The notes under the pieces were generated by a model that was not told where the DNA came from, did not search any database, and worked only from the letters and a program-made list of their open reading frames with translations. A DNA stretch of 63,724 nucleotides, counting the filler, from Octopus bimaculoides (lineage: Eukaryota): the NCBI RefSeq assembly GCF_001194135.2. It is 6 parts of 6 records of this genome, joined end to end, with 100 filler letters (N's around TTAATTAATTAA, not from the genome) between each part and the next. Parts side by side here need not be neighbours in the genome. Positions count along the whole stretch, not along the records: positions 24,198 to 42,292 come from NC_068991.1; 5 more parts are not named here. One strand, written 5' to 3'. The position numbers were made by a program, and so were the translations under genes. Shown one piece after another: positions 25,761 through 38,775 of this stretch. Positions within the stretch are counted from its first letter, which is position 1. Each line of letters opens with the position of its first letter.

Positions 25761-26090
25761 ATTAATGTTGATTACAGCATTCTTGCACATTTTGTTGTGT
25801 GCTGTTGAAGAAATAGAAAACTGAAAAAGAAAATTGGTTTTAATTTACTTACGTCGCTTATATCAAATATAAACTTGTCTCATTTTCTTTCGGTTAAAGT
25901 AATAGACGTTTGTTTTGAAAATATGACCATTATAGAAGTCTGTTGCAGTACATGATAAGGACAATAATGTAAAATGCATTATATATTTCCGGTTGTTAAT
26001 TCTTTTACCAAGACCAGAACTATTCGTGTTATCGAATTTCGTGAGATAAAATTTCAATTACTGTAATTTTGTGTTTACATAGCTTATAAA

Positions 26091-26483
26091 TGTGGAGACG
26101 CAATGGCCCAGTGGTTAGGGCAGCGGACTCGCGGTCATAAAATCGCGGTTTCGATTCCCAGACCGGGCGTTGTGAGTGTTTATTGAGCGAAAACACCTAA
26201 CGCTCCACGAGGCCCCGGCAGGGGGTGGTGACAAACCCTGCTGTACTCTTTCACCACAGCTTTCTCTCACTCTTACTTCCTGTTTCTGTTGTGCCTGTAA
26301 TTCAAAGGGCCAGCCTTGTCACACTGTGTCACGCTGAATATCCCCGAGAACTACGTTAAGGGTACACGTGTCTGTGGAGTGCTCAGCCACTTGCACGTTA
26401 ATTTCACGAGCAGGTTGTTCCGTTGATCAGATCAACTGGAACCCTCGACGTCGTAAGCGACGGAGTGCCAACAACAACAACAA
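26091..26483 (+). mobile_element. Full-length tRNA-derived SINE, family C
   Basis: A-box TGGCCCAGTGG (26104-26114), B-box GGTTTCGATTCC (26147-26158), body shared with 32555-32710 and 53858-54090, (CAA)n tail. Confidence 0.9.
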
Positions 26484-26985
26484 AAGCTTTTAAATACTAA
26501 TTGCAGAGTAAATAATAAGATCCATAATCACGTGTTCGAAACTAGACTAAAGAATTCAATATGATTTATTTTCAATGTATACCAGATGTATAATCCAACT
26601 CACTGTCATAGCAAAGGTACGAATTATTTTGATGTGACTATAAACGATAAACGTGGCTAAATTAAACCAATACAATACCTGATTTCTTCATGAATTCTAA
26701 TGCTGTCTTTGGGTCCTTGCTATTATATTGAATTTATTGAGTGAGTGAGTGTTATTAAACGAATAGGAAATACGAAGAAAAATTAGATGTAACCTGTGAG
26801 AAAAATTTTACAAATTGGGAATCAAACTCCTAATTATTTCCCCTTAGCTCGTTTTATTTATTTATTTATTTATTTATTTTAATATTTTACAAATTGTTGC
26901 TGGCTAAAACGCTTTTCAAATACATAACTATATATAAAACAATTAAACCTTGGGAGAGGCATTATGCCGGTAATAAACACACGCA

Positions 26986-27035
26986 CTGGTTCAGTCCTTT
27001 ATTAATTTATATAAATTAATAAAGGACTGAACCAG
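26986..27035. other. Perfect 50-bp palindrome abutting a gap
   Basis: CTGGTTCAGTCCTTTATTAATTTAT|ATAAATTAATAAAGGACTGAACCAG followed immediately by Ns. Confidence 0.95.
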
Positions 27036-27564
27036 NNNNNNNNNNNNNNNNNNNNNNNNNNNNNNNNNNNNNNNNNNNNNNNNNNNNNNNNNNNNNNNNN
27101 NNNNNNNNNNNNNNNNNNNNNNNNNNNNNNNNNNNNNNNNNNNNNNNNNNNNNNNNNNNNNNNNNNNNNNNNNNNNNNNNNNNNNNNNNNNNNNNNNNNN
27201 NNNNNNNNNNNNNNNNNNNNNNNNNNNNNNNNNNNNNNNNNNNNNNNNNNNNNNNNNNNNNNNNNNNNNNNNNNNNNNNNNNNNNNNNNNNNNNNNNNNN
27301 NNNNNNNNNNNNNNNNNNNNNNNNNNNNNNNNNNNNNNNNNNNNNNNNNNNNNNNNNNNNNNNNNNNNNNNNNNNNNNNNNNNNNNNNNNNNNNNNNNNN
27401 NNNNNNNNNNNNNNNNNNNNNNNNNNNNNNNNNNNNNNNNNNNNNNNNNNNNNNNNNNNNNNNNNNNNNNNNNNNNNNNNNNNNNNNNNNNNNNNNNNNN
27501 NNNNNNNNNNNNNNNNNNNNNNNNNNNNNNNNNNNNNNNNNNNNNNNNNNNNNNNNNNNNNNNC

Positions 27565-27609
<45 letters not shown>

Positions 27610-27942
27610 CTTACGTGTGTGTGTTTGACTGAGCATGTGCAAAGGAGAAGCTAACAAGACAGAGCCGTTGATGGATTAATATAGATTAATTCACATTAAC
27701 ATGTAAAGTTGAGCATGATTATCTACATATATATATATACACATATATGCAAGCATGTGTGTGTGTGTGTGTGCATATTTATGTAAGTGTATATATATGT
27801 GTGTGTATTATTTCTTTTCCCGGAGCTCTAGGACTCTTAAGATCGATTGTCCGGTTTCCAAGGCGTATAAATGACCAAAAATCATAACATTTCCCTGAAC
27901 AGGACGCCGATTTATTACAGATTTTCAGGTCAGCAATTCTAA

Positions 27943-28090
27943 TGGGTGGAGGCTAGTCGATTAGATCAACACCAGTACTTCACTGGCACCTAATTATATC
28001 GGCCCCTAAAGGTTGAAAGCCATCGTTGACATCAGTAGTATTCGAAATCAGAACGTAAATGTCCAATGTGCTCGAGATTCCACCAGACTG
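27943..28090 (-). mobile_element. Highly diverged SINE family A copy
   Basis: GTCGATTAGATC...CACTGGCAC...AAAGGTTGAAAG...TTCGAAATCAGAACGTAA. Confidence 0.65.
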
Positions 28091-28509
28091 TAACCTTAAT
28101 ATATATAAATTTGTGTTGTGCTGTGGCTATGAACAGTATGTATGTTCGCATATATATCCAAATCAATATCGGTTTTAATGAATAAGACAAAAAGTACTCA
28201 ATGTCATTGTTAATTGTAATATTTAAATGTACGTATTCTGACCTAGTAGCCTACTATGTTGGGGCCATTGTTACCGGATCTTCAAACGAAACAGATTAGA
28301 ATAGTTTATCTGTGTCTTAAGGATGGACAGCGTATCGGGTAACATATGCATTGTGTGTGTGTGGTTGGTTGGGTGGCTTGTGAATCTATGTATTTATGAC
28401 CATATCAGGAAAGTGATGGGATCCGCCGGACCTAATTTACCCAAGGCTCGCCGTATGTCAGGACGACGCTCTTATGACTTCATCAAGGAAATAAGGAGCC
28501 TGTCATGGC

Positions 28510-28565
<56 letters not shown>

Positions 28566-28633
28566 NNNNNNNNNNTATATTCAAATTCATATCTAAATTA
28601 TGTTGTCACTCAAACAGGCATACATGCACACCT

Positions 28634-28683
<50 letters not shown>

Positions 28684-28892
28684 TTATGCAGAGACAATAA
28701 CAAATTTCCTTCCATATCTTACACCCAGAATAAAAGGAAACAAATGAATATACAAAAATAAATGACAATATTAGTAGAATCAGATGAAGTGGAAAAAAAC
28801 AAAAACAACCCAACAAAACGCACTTGGTGAGGCACCAGCTGTTAGTTTATTGTTAGTGTGATTGGACTGTGACAATAGACGTAAAGCAAGTG

Positions 28893-28904
28893 GCCGCCAT
28901 CTTG
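28893..28904 (-). promoter_or_regulatory. YY1-type motif CAAGATGGCGGC
   Basis: Exact 12-nt consensus; TGATTGG (CCAAT) lies about 30 bp away. No transcript evidence. Confidence 0.35.
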
Positions 28905-29519
28905 TGTTGAGGATATACATTCGTTTTATAGGCCAAACAAAACCTTCTTTAAGAGTCTAAACAAGGCCGATAGTTGCAGTTGTGGAACAGATCGATAATG
29001 TCGTTATTGTTGTTGTTGTTGTGAATAGCTTTAGGAGAGACGAAAAAGGAAGAGAGACTGTCTTTCACTTTGGTTGTTTGTTGTTGATAGAGGTGGTGGT
29101 GGTGGTGGTGGTGGTGGTGTGTTGGACGGACACTCCTTGTGAGAGGACTGACAACAATATAGAACATCAGCGATAATAACGATGAGAACAACAACAACAA
29201 CAACAACAACAATAACAGCAAGAACAGCAACAGCATTAAGATATTTCTATGTGATCATCACTGTCATTGCCGTNNNNNNNNNNNNNNNNNNNNNNNNNNN
29301 NNNNNNNNNNNNNNNNNNNNNNNNNNNNNNNNNNNNNNNNNNNNNNNNNNNNNNNNNNNNNNNNNNNNNNNNNNNNNNNNNNNNNNNNNNNNNNNNNNNN
29401 NNNNNNNNNNNNNNNNNNNNNNNNNNNNNNNNNNNNNNNNNNNNNNNNNNNNNNNNNNNNNNNNNNNNNNNNNNNNNNNNNNNNNNNNNNNNNNNNNNNN
29501 NNNNNNNNNNNNNNNNNNT

Positions 29520-29590
29520 TATTATCATCATCGTCGTCGGCAGCAGCGTTATTTTCGTCATCGTCGTCGACGTCGTCATCATCATCATCG

Positions 29591-29637
<47 letters not shown>

Positions 29638-29647
29638 GTCATCATCG

Positions 29648-29679
<32 letters not shown>

Positions 29680-29743
29680 GTCATCATCATCATCGTCATC
29701 ATCATCATCGTCATCATCATCATCATCATCTTCATCATCGTCG

Positions 29744-29775
<32 letters not shown>

Positions 29776-29790
29776 GTCATCATCATCGTA
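29520..29790 (+). repeat. (CAT)n/(CGT)n trinucleotide array
   Basis: Direct tandem units. Confidence 0.95.
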
Positions 29791-30611
29791 ACGATCGACA
29801 TCAGCAGTTTCGGTAGAGTTCTAATATTCAGCTCGTACATAACAACAATAAACAGTTTATCAAAGAACAGGAGGAGTGGGGGGGGGGGAAGAAATAATTC
29901 TATAGGACACAATCGCAAAGTGTCCTATAGAATTATTTCCAGTTTCTTTTATATTTTTTATATTAAAAAACCATTTAACGATTTTGTTCCAAAATCAATT
30001 TTTGTTATGACGAGATTTATAGTGTCCATTGTATGAATCCCATACACGAGGTCCCGATACATCAATGAACTATATGCGAAATGACGAGATGGTCACATTG
30101 GAACGATTTTGATAATTGATCTATTCAATCAGAGCTGGCTGTATATGAACCTCATATCGGGTCCTGATTCGGGGCTACTTGCGGCGAAATATACGCTCCT
30201 GTGTATATCTTGTATGTATCATTCGTCTTCAATGAGAAGCCTCTACGTAGTTCTCCGATTTGCTAGAAATAACAGACAAGTTTCCTATGAATAACACTGC
30301 TCTCTATAAAAATTAAAATTATTGGGAAACGAAACGTGCGATGAACTTTATGTGAAATGATGAAATGGTTACGTTAACACAGGTTTGATTATTGATCTAT
30401 CTAATCAATCAGACAGAGTTGGCTGTGATAGAATAGCCACAATAAAGCATCTTTGACCATTGGTCTATGGGATGGTGATTTTGGGACGCCTTTATTCAGT
30501 GTTATGCTGGATGAAGATGGACATAGATGAGAACAACCTGTCTCGTCTAAGTGTTCAATTCTTATTATGTAAAGTTTATGGTTTCTGAAGACGACAAAAT
30601 GTTTATTTCTT

Positions 30612-30937
30612 TATTGCCCACTGGGAGCTAAATATAGAGGGAACAAACAAGGACAGACAAAGGGATAGAGTCGATTAGATCGACCCCAATGCGTAACTGG
30701 TACTTATTTAATCGACCCTGAAAGGATGAAAGGCAAAGTCTACCTCGGCGGAATTTGAACTCAGAACGTAACGGCAGATGAAATACTGCTAAGCACTTAG
30801 CCCGGCGTGCCAACGTTTCTTGTTTCTTTACTGCCCACAAGGGGCTACACACAGAGGGGACAAACAAGAACAGACAAACGGACAAACCGCTAAGCATTTC
30901 GTCCGGCATGCTAACGTTTCTGCCTGCTCACCGCCCT
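30612..30937 (-). mobile_element. SINE family A head-to-tail dimer (one monomer internally deleted)
   Basis: Junction AAAGAAACAAG|AAACGTTGGCACGCC on minus at ~30820. Confidence 0.85.
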
Positions 30938-31924
30938 AAAGAAGACAGAATATTATACCATGATGGTAATTGTTATTCACGGAACCACGTAAATTATGAT
31001 ACGAAGATTCTGAGTGACTATAAAGACTATGGATTGTGTTTAGTATTGAAGTAAATTTTAGGATCCAGTACCAACCCTATCTAATGAGAAGTTATCCATC
31101 TTCATATGTGACATTTTCAAAGATGGACCACTAAATATATCAGTCACTAGATAGAGAGCGAAAATCTTGGAATCGACGATAATTCAAGTGAAAATAGATT
31201 TCTTGTTCTACATGTTAAATTCTGCCACGCTAGAACAGAGGTGTTAGAAGTGTTAGTCTGTTAGTAAAGACTAAGAATTTTGAGAGGTGGGCAGGAAAGT
31301 AGGCATTAGAACCCAGAGTGGACATTTTCAGCAATCAGTTGACTAAAATTGCCGAGTTGTTGGTACAAATGTCAGGAAATTAGCAATGACTACTGGAACA
31401 TCATAAATGAAGCGGATGAATAGATCCAGAGATTTAGGGGTGGGCGTCGATGATGAATGATGCAGTTAATTATCTAGGGCGTTAAGCAAGCTCTACCATC
31501 ACTTAAAGCTGTATGTGAAAGGAGAGAAGTAAAATCTAATAGCCATCAACGTGATCAGTTCGGTTCAAAGAACATGGTCGTTGGTTTGTACAAATTAGGT
31601 TTTTGAACCAGATTCTAATTTAACGAAAAAAACGTTCAAATAAAGCGGTAGGATGTCCTTGCAAATACGTACTAATGTTAATATAAACGATTGATGGTCG
31701 AACAGGTCATCAACTGTACTTGTGACACTAAAGCCAGTTTTATAGAATTGAGTCTACGCTGAAAACAAGTGCAAAGAATGAGTCACCTAGCTGGAGTCAC
31801 GTGATATGTTATCACATTTCGGTGACGTCTACAACGTGTTTTCTTTGTTGATTTATTCTTTGTTGTTCTAATGTAAGAAACATAACTTTCATGTCACCAA
31901 TTTAACTTCGTTAGAAATTGATAT

Positions 31925-32014
31925 CAGCCTACCTGGGGAAGAAAACTCTCAGTAGATTCCATATCAATCCAGCCTACCTGGGGAAAAAAACTCTTAGTAG
32001 ATTCCATATCAATC
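31925..32014 (+). repeat. 45-bp tandem duplication (2 mismatches)
   Basis: CAGCCTACCTGGGGAA(G/A)AAAACTCT(C/T)AGTAGATTCCATATCAATC, two copies. Confidence 0.95.
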
Positions 32015-32554
32015 CCAGATGGTAGGGGATCAGAATTGGCTTTCTCTTTCTTTGGTTAATGCCAAAGTAACCGGTATCGGATCCACGAGGAAGCCGCTAG
32101 AAATATCAGTCGGATTCCTTCAAGTTATACCATGACGTCTAAAAATAAAGTGACGGGAACGGTTCATTGGATAATGTATTTAACCATAAAAAAAAATGTG
32201 GCATAAGATGGAGTGGTCATGTCTGGTACACTTCGGGTTAATCAGGAATGATCTGGTTTGGGTTTATACAATTTCAGCCAGTCTATGGTCAAGCAAGCGC
32301 TTCACCAAATATATTCCTTCACTATTCCCCTTTGTCGTTTATTTTTTTGTTGTTTATATTTTAAGAAGCAATTTATGTAAGGTTCCATTCTCCAAAGTAT
32401 TCTTCTATTCCTAAGAGGACAGCTTATGATTTCAAGGAGATTTGGTTGCTATTTCTGGAAGGTCTAACGGGAGCATAGGAGTCATCTCTATTTAAATTTG
32501 TCCTCAATTCTCGGGGTTAAATTTATACGCCTAATATTTTCTATTCGATGGATG

Positions 32555-32710
32555 GATCTCCGTCGATTTCGACGATGGCTATTTAGTTGTTCGATCAACT
32601 TGCTCAGTGAATTAGCGTGTAGGTTGCTGAGTATTTCGCGCACACACATGTACCCTTAATGTAATTCTTAAGCAGTATCAGCGTGATATAATGACACAAG
32701 GATGAACTTT
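32555..32710 (-). mobile_element. SINE family C, diverged 3' portion
   Basis: Reverse complement aligns to 26310-26470 (ATTAAGGGTACATGTG...CGACGGAG). Confidence 0.7.
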
Positions 32711-33389
32711 TTTTTTTAAATTACGGCTACAATCCATCTGACATCAATGTAGTTTCCATCTACTTATTTTCACACACATGGTATAGGCTTAGCCGGAGGA
32801 TATATATATATATATACAACATTTGGCCAAGGTGCCATTCAATGAGATTGAAAAATACCTTATAATCCTGAAGCGAAGTTTTCAAACATCCGGTGTATGC
32901 GGCGTCTGTTCTGTTTGAATAGACATAAAGAAATGATTGTGTTAATATGCGTACCTTTCCAAAGAATAAAAAAAATAAGAAGCGTTTCTTTTAGAAAACG
33001 AATATTAATGACAATATCAAATTTACTGTTATTCCAATGCAACTGCCTTTTATGTATACATATTTCATTGATTGCTTGTTTTCAAATGGGGGCTTACTCT
33101 TCATATAGGCACAAATAAGACTGTTATAGCTCTGAAGCTCATTGCAAAACTACATGGTTTGGGGCACCTTCAACGATCGCTTCCCACCGAACAAAGGTTT
33201 TGGGATGAACTTCAAGGGACACAAAATATGTGAAACTCGTCGGTAGAGTGCGAGTTCGTTGCTGCTCTTGGATGATAGATTTAATCAACTGTCTGATTTA
33301 ACATCACCAGACTCTTGGTAGTTTTTAGCAGTGAAGATCTTATTACGTACATTGGCGCTGCTATCAGCCCCTCTGTGCCTTATAAACAT

Positions 33390-33860
33390 TAAAATGAGGA
33401 ATTTCGTCTTAAATAAAGAAATCCTTAGATATTTCAAAATACTCAGGTTATTTCCATTTTGGTAGTCAGATAATCGGTGCTGTTAGATAACTAGGGTGAC
33501 CTCCAAAAAAATAGAATAAGGTTTGTGAATGGACTTCAGTGAACCGAAACTGAAGTCCGTCAGGATGAGGGTTCGTTACTGTTCTTAGAGAATGGTTTAA
33601 AACCATTGTCTGTTCTACCTTTACCACTGCAACAACCATCAAACTTATGGTAGCCTTTAGCAGAGAACACTTTATTACAATCATATATGATGCTACCCTT
33701 TTGTTTCTGAGCCATGTACATACTAAAAATAGGGATTTCGTTCTAAATATAGAAATCCTTAGATACTTTCACTGAGGCAAAGGAAATTTTAAAGAAATTA
33801 TAAATGTCAAGTATTCGACGCTGATTGATAACTTGAGCGACCTCCAAAAGAACATCATAA
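33390..33860 (+). repeat. Old direct duplication (~130 bp at 33390-33520 and 33725-33860)
   Basis: Shared ATTTCGT..TAAATA.AGAAATCCTTAGATA and GATAACT.G.G.GACCTCCAAAA. Confidence 0.7.
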
Positions 33861-34190
33861 AACTGGTAGCTCTTAGCATTGAAATATTGGCGAAGAAAGG
33901 AAAGAAGGTATGCAAGTGTATGGCAGGGAGGAGAATCGGATTCCATTGCTCAGCCTGGTTATATTCTGACAAATATGATAAATACTTAGCATTTATTATG
34001 CAGTGCAGTTAATTATAGGACTCTGTGTGTGTGTGTGAGTGTGTGTGTGTGCGAGAGCATTTGGTTGCTCAACTCATCGGTAGAGATGAGTGAGGAGACA
34101 GAAGTGTGCCGCCTGCCAAAAGTGATATGTGTGTTTATGTGTATCTGTGTATAAGTACATGCATATAAAAGTATATGCATATATATGTAA

Positions 34191-34236
<46 letters not shown>

Positions 34237-34380
34237 CTGTGTGTGTGTGTGTATGCATGTATATATACATGTATGTATGACTGTGTATATATATATATAC
34301 NNNNNNNNNNATACATATAAGTAAGTATATATGTGTGTGTGTGTGTGTGTGTATGCATGTATATATACATGTATGTATGA

Positions 34381-34425
<45 letters not shown>

Positions 34426-34573
34426 AGTATATATGTGTGTGTGTGTGTGTGTATGCATGTATATATACATGTATGTATGACTGTGTATATATATATATAC
34501 ATATATACATATAAGTATATATGTGTGTGCATATATGTATATGTATGCACATATATATGTATATATATTTATT

Positions 34574-34641
<68 letters not shown>

Positions 34642-35046
34642 CATCCAGTTACACAGACAGTGAATCTGTTAAATGAGGACAGAGTTTTCAAGGTAGTCAG
34701 GCAGGCAGGTAAAAGACAGGTAATAAAACATATGGATAGGCAGACATGGAGGAAGACAGACTGACTGACAGACAGAGAGATAGACAGAATGATTGGGAGG
34801 TTGGTAGTTAGATAGGTAAATAGACAACAGGCTGGACGTGGGCGTGTGAACGATATATGTGCGTGTGTATGAATGAGTATTTATATAAAGCTATTTATGG
34901 GGCACCCTATAGACACACACACACACTCACTATATATATATATATATGTACAGAGAGAGGCGGGGAGAAAAATAATTAGATAGATACTTATAGAATGAGA
35001 GAAAGATTGAGAAGTGGACACATATTTATATACCTGTGCATTTATA

Positions 35047-35089
<43 letters not shown>

Positions 35090-35156
35090 AATTGAACATG
35101 GATGCGTGGCGTTCAATTAAATGATAATATAAATAATATATATATGCATGTATGAG

Positions 35157-35535
35157 CAAGAACGTAACCAACTGTGTAAACAACATAAAGTGAGAAAACA
35201 AACGAGTTAAATACGCAAACAACGAGAGAAAAAATGGAAAACAGGTCAAGTAACACAGAGAATGACCCTTCATCAGTTGTCGGTTGTCTATCTACTCCTC
35301 GATTCGAGCATTCAACGACAATATGAGTCTTCGAAGACAGTTGCTCCCATAAATTCCAAAAGAAAATTTTGGATTTCTGGAGGGTCGAAGTTGGGGAGAA
35401 AAACGGGACAGTGGAGACATACAAGGAAACCGAACGAAAACAAACATGGAGGGTCGTTAGACCAGAACGAGCGTATTTAACTCTTTTGTTTTTATACTTC
35501 ACATTGTTTACACAGTTGGTGACGTCCTGTACCCA
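35157..35535. mobile_element. Element with inverted terminal arms; second partial copy at ~60165-60300
   Basis: 35167-35216 vs reverse complement of 35471-35520 match at 43/50. Internal GACCCTTCATCAGTTGTC is shared, inverted, with 60194-60211. Confidence 0.7.
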
Positions 35536-36324
35536 ANNNNNNNNNNNNNNNNNNNNNNNNNNNNNNNNNNNNNNNNNNNNNNNNNNNNNNNNNNNNNNNN
35601 NNNNNNNNNNNNNNNNNNNNNNNNNNNNNNNNNNNNNNNNNNNNNNNNNNNNNNNNNNNTATATATATATATATGTACAAAAATACATACATACATATAT
35701 ATTATTTATATTATTATTATCATTATTATTATATATACAAATATATACTAGATAGATACAAACATATTTGTATATATTTACATACATATTCACATGCACA
35801 CATCTTTATGTATGTATGCTTGTAGAACAGATGAGAAAGTAAGTGAGAGGGAGACAAAGAGTATATTTCATTAAAAACAGGCAATAAGCAATATTCGACA
35901 GAAAATACAACATAACACAATTAGTTGTGTTATTCTTCTTGATGTTTCACTTACAACAATAAATATTAAGAGTTGTGCATAAAAAAAAAAAGAAACACAA
36001 TGCAGTATTATGACTGTTAGACATCATTAGTTATTGATCATTGTTCCTTCTGCGATTAAAAATGATTTAAAATTTTGCAAATATTTTCTGTTTTCGTTTT
36101 TCCCAAATTTTATGGCTTGCAAATATTTATATAAATTTATCTCTCGCTCTCCCCTGTCTGAGACTTTCTCTCTCTTTCTCTCTACCCCCACCTTCTTTCT
36201 CTAGTCTTTGATAAATTTGTCTGCCGTATTATTTTGCATTTTGTTCATATATATACATTTTTGTGTGTGTGTGTGTATCTATGAACTGATTTGATGCGCC
36301 ATTCAAATGCATACATCATTATAC

Positions 36325-36718
36325 GAGTTGATTAAATCGACCTTGATACCCAGCTGGTACTTATTTCATCGACTCCAAAAGGATGAAAGGCAAAATATAT
36401 ATGCATATATATATATGTATATAAACACACATTTATACACACGCACACACGCACACACACAGACACACACACACACACATAAATACATATATATATATGT
36501 CCTTTCTACTGGAAGCGCAAGGCCTCAGATTTGGCGGGAGGGGACCAATCGATTACATCGACTCCAGTGTTTCACTGGTAATCGATTTATCGACGCCGAA
36601 AGGATGAAAGGTAAAGTCAACCTCGGTGGAATTTGAACTCAGAACGTAGCGACGGGTGAAATACCGCTAAACATTGTTCATTGCTACCCGGCGTGCTAAC
36701 GGCTCTGGCAGCTCGCAG
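36325..36718 (-). mobile_element. SINE family A copy plus fragment, separated by a microsatellite
   Basis: GGACCAATCGATTACATCGAC...AAGGATGAAAGG...GAATTTGAACTCAGAACG...GCAGCTCGC. Confidence 0.85.
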
Positions 36719-36719
36719 G

Positions 36720-36769
<50 letters not shown>

Positions 36770-37060
36770 TATGTAGCAACAATAAAAATTTTGTCTGGTG
36801 AATCTAGCTGAAGAGAACTAATCAAATTTACATTAACAAACGTTTTCTGGCGAGTTCGAAATTTAGGCCCTAGATTATCCAAATCTGGGTTGTACATTTT
36901 TCTAATGTTCTTCCTACAGGTAAGATAAAAAAAAAATTATATTCACCGCGCCCGGAAACATCTCTGCCAGTATATACACAGTGAAGCTTTACTATAGCGT
37001 CGTATATTATTGACTGCTGTTTCCAGTAAACATTGGTACATTGTTGTACCTACTATACTA

Positions 37061-37100
<40 letters not shown>

Positions 37101-37389
37101 TCATACATACATGCAGCATGTGAATGTTGAGTTAAAGAAAACTCTCGGATGGAAAATATCGAAGAATGCCCCCCGGGTCTCAAACCTACATCTTCTCTAA
37201 ATACGACAGACCTTCTACACATGTGCCAAAGCAATCGTTTGGTTTTCTACTTCCATTTTAGAAGCTTCCCACTTATCAACGAGAATTGTAGGCTGTTTAT
37301 GCCATAAGCATTTAGAAACTTCGAGAAAACGTGAAAGAATTTCCTTTTAACGGTGGAACACGAAATGGTTGAAGCTATGAAGATAAAGC

Positions 37390-37800
37390 TATGGCAGAAT
37401 CGTGAGAACGCAAGGTGAAATGCTTAGCAGCATGTTATACATCTTTACGTTCTGATTTCAAATGCCACCGAGGTCGACTTTGTCTTTCATGCTTTCTGAG
37501 TCGATAAAATAAATACCAGTTGAGTATTGAGGTCAATGTAATCATCTTACTGTCCTTGTGCCAAAATTTGAAACCAATCCTACGTATCTCGTACATGTAG
37601 CGAGCTATTAGAATCGTTAGCACACCAGACATAATACTTAAGATCCGGTTTGATATTCTGAGCTTAAATTCTGCCGAAGTCGACTTTGCCTTTCATCTTT
37701 TCGGCGTCGAAAAAATAAATACCAGTTGAGTACTGAGGTCGAAGTAAGCAACTTATTCCTTCACTCTAAATTGCTGGCCTTGTGCCAAAATTTGTAACCA
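37390..37800 (+). mobile_element. Two degenerate SINE family A copies
   Basis: GAGGTCGACTTTG.CTTTCAT...AATACCAGTTGAG appears twice. Confidence 0.75.
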
Positions 37801-38109
37801 ATATTAGTGTGTAAATATTGGGTTATAAAAAGAAAATAGGACCACTGGAAAAAAAAGAATGTCAAAAGCTGAAACTTAGGAGTCGAAATGATTTTTTCTG
37901 TTAACCTGTCAAACGTTCTATTATTGTAGCAAAGCAATCCTTTAAATTTCTCCATTCATTTAAGAAGTTTTATATTACCAGCAAGAACTGTATGCTGTCT
38001 AAGTGATAAGAAGTTATAAACTTGCACAGAACGTGAAATAAATTGCTTTTAACGGTGGAACAGCAGCTAAATAAACTATCCAGTGGAATTTTTAAAACTT
38101 AATATTTAC

Positions 38110-38775
38110 ACGCTAACGTTAGCACGCTGTGCTAAAATATATAACGGCATTTCGTCTGTCTTTACATTTTGAGTTCAAATTCCACCGAGGTCGACTTTGC
38201 CTTTCATCCTTTCGGGGTCGATAAATTAAGTACCAGTTACGCACTGGGGTCGATGTGATCCACTTAATCCCTTTGTCTGTCTTTGTTTGTCCCCTCTATG
38301 TTTAGCCCCTTGTGCGCAATAAAGAAATAAGAAACGTTAGCACGCAGGGCGAAATGCTTAGCGGTATTTCGTCTGCCTTTACGTTCTGAGTTCAAATTCC
38401 GTCGAGGTCAATTTTGCTTATCATCCTTTCGATGTCGATAAATTAAGTACCATTTGCGTACTGGGGTCGATCTAGTCGACTTACCCACTCCCCCAAAATT
38501 TCGGGCCTTGTACCTAGAATAGAAAAGTATATATAGAGTTAGATAATAAGATGAATGTATATACATATAGGTGTGTGTGTAAAGCGGCGAGCTGGCAGAA
38601 ACGTTAGCGCGCTGAACGAAATGCTTAGCAGTATTTCGTATGCCTCTCATCCTCTGGTCTTGCCTTTCATCCTCTCGGGGGTCGATAATTTAAGTACCAG
38701 TTGCGTACTGGGGTCGATCTAATCGTCTGGCCCGTCCCCCAAAATTTTGGGCCTTGTGCCTAGAGTAGATAAGAA
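38110..38775 (+). mobile_element. Cluster of SINE family A copies including a head-to-tail dimer
   Basis: Dimer 38110-38520 with junction AAAGAAATAA|GAAACGTTAG at ~38330; further copy at 38581-38775. Confidence 0.88.

Noticed and set aside
33130-33400. Possible LINE RT relic on the minus strand (KIFTAKN...SNELAL)
   Set aside because: No YADD/FADD-type motif and several stops; the similarity is too weak to call.
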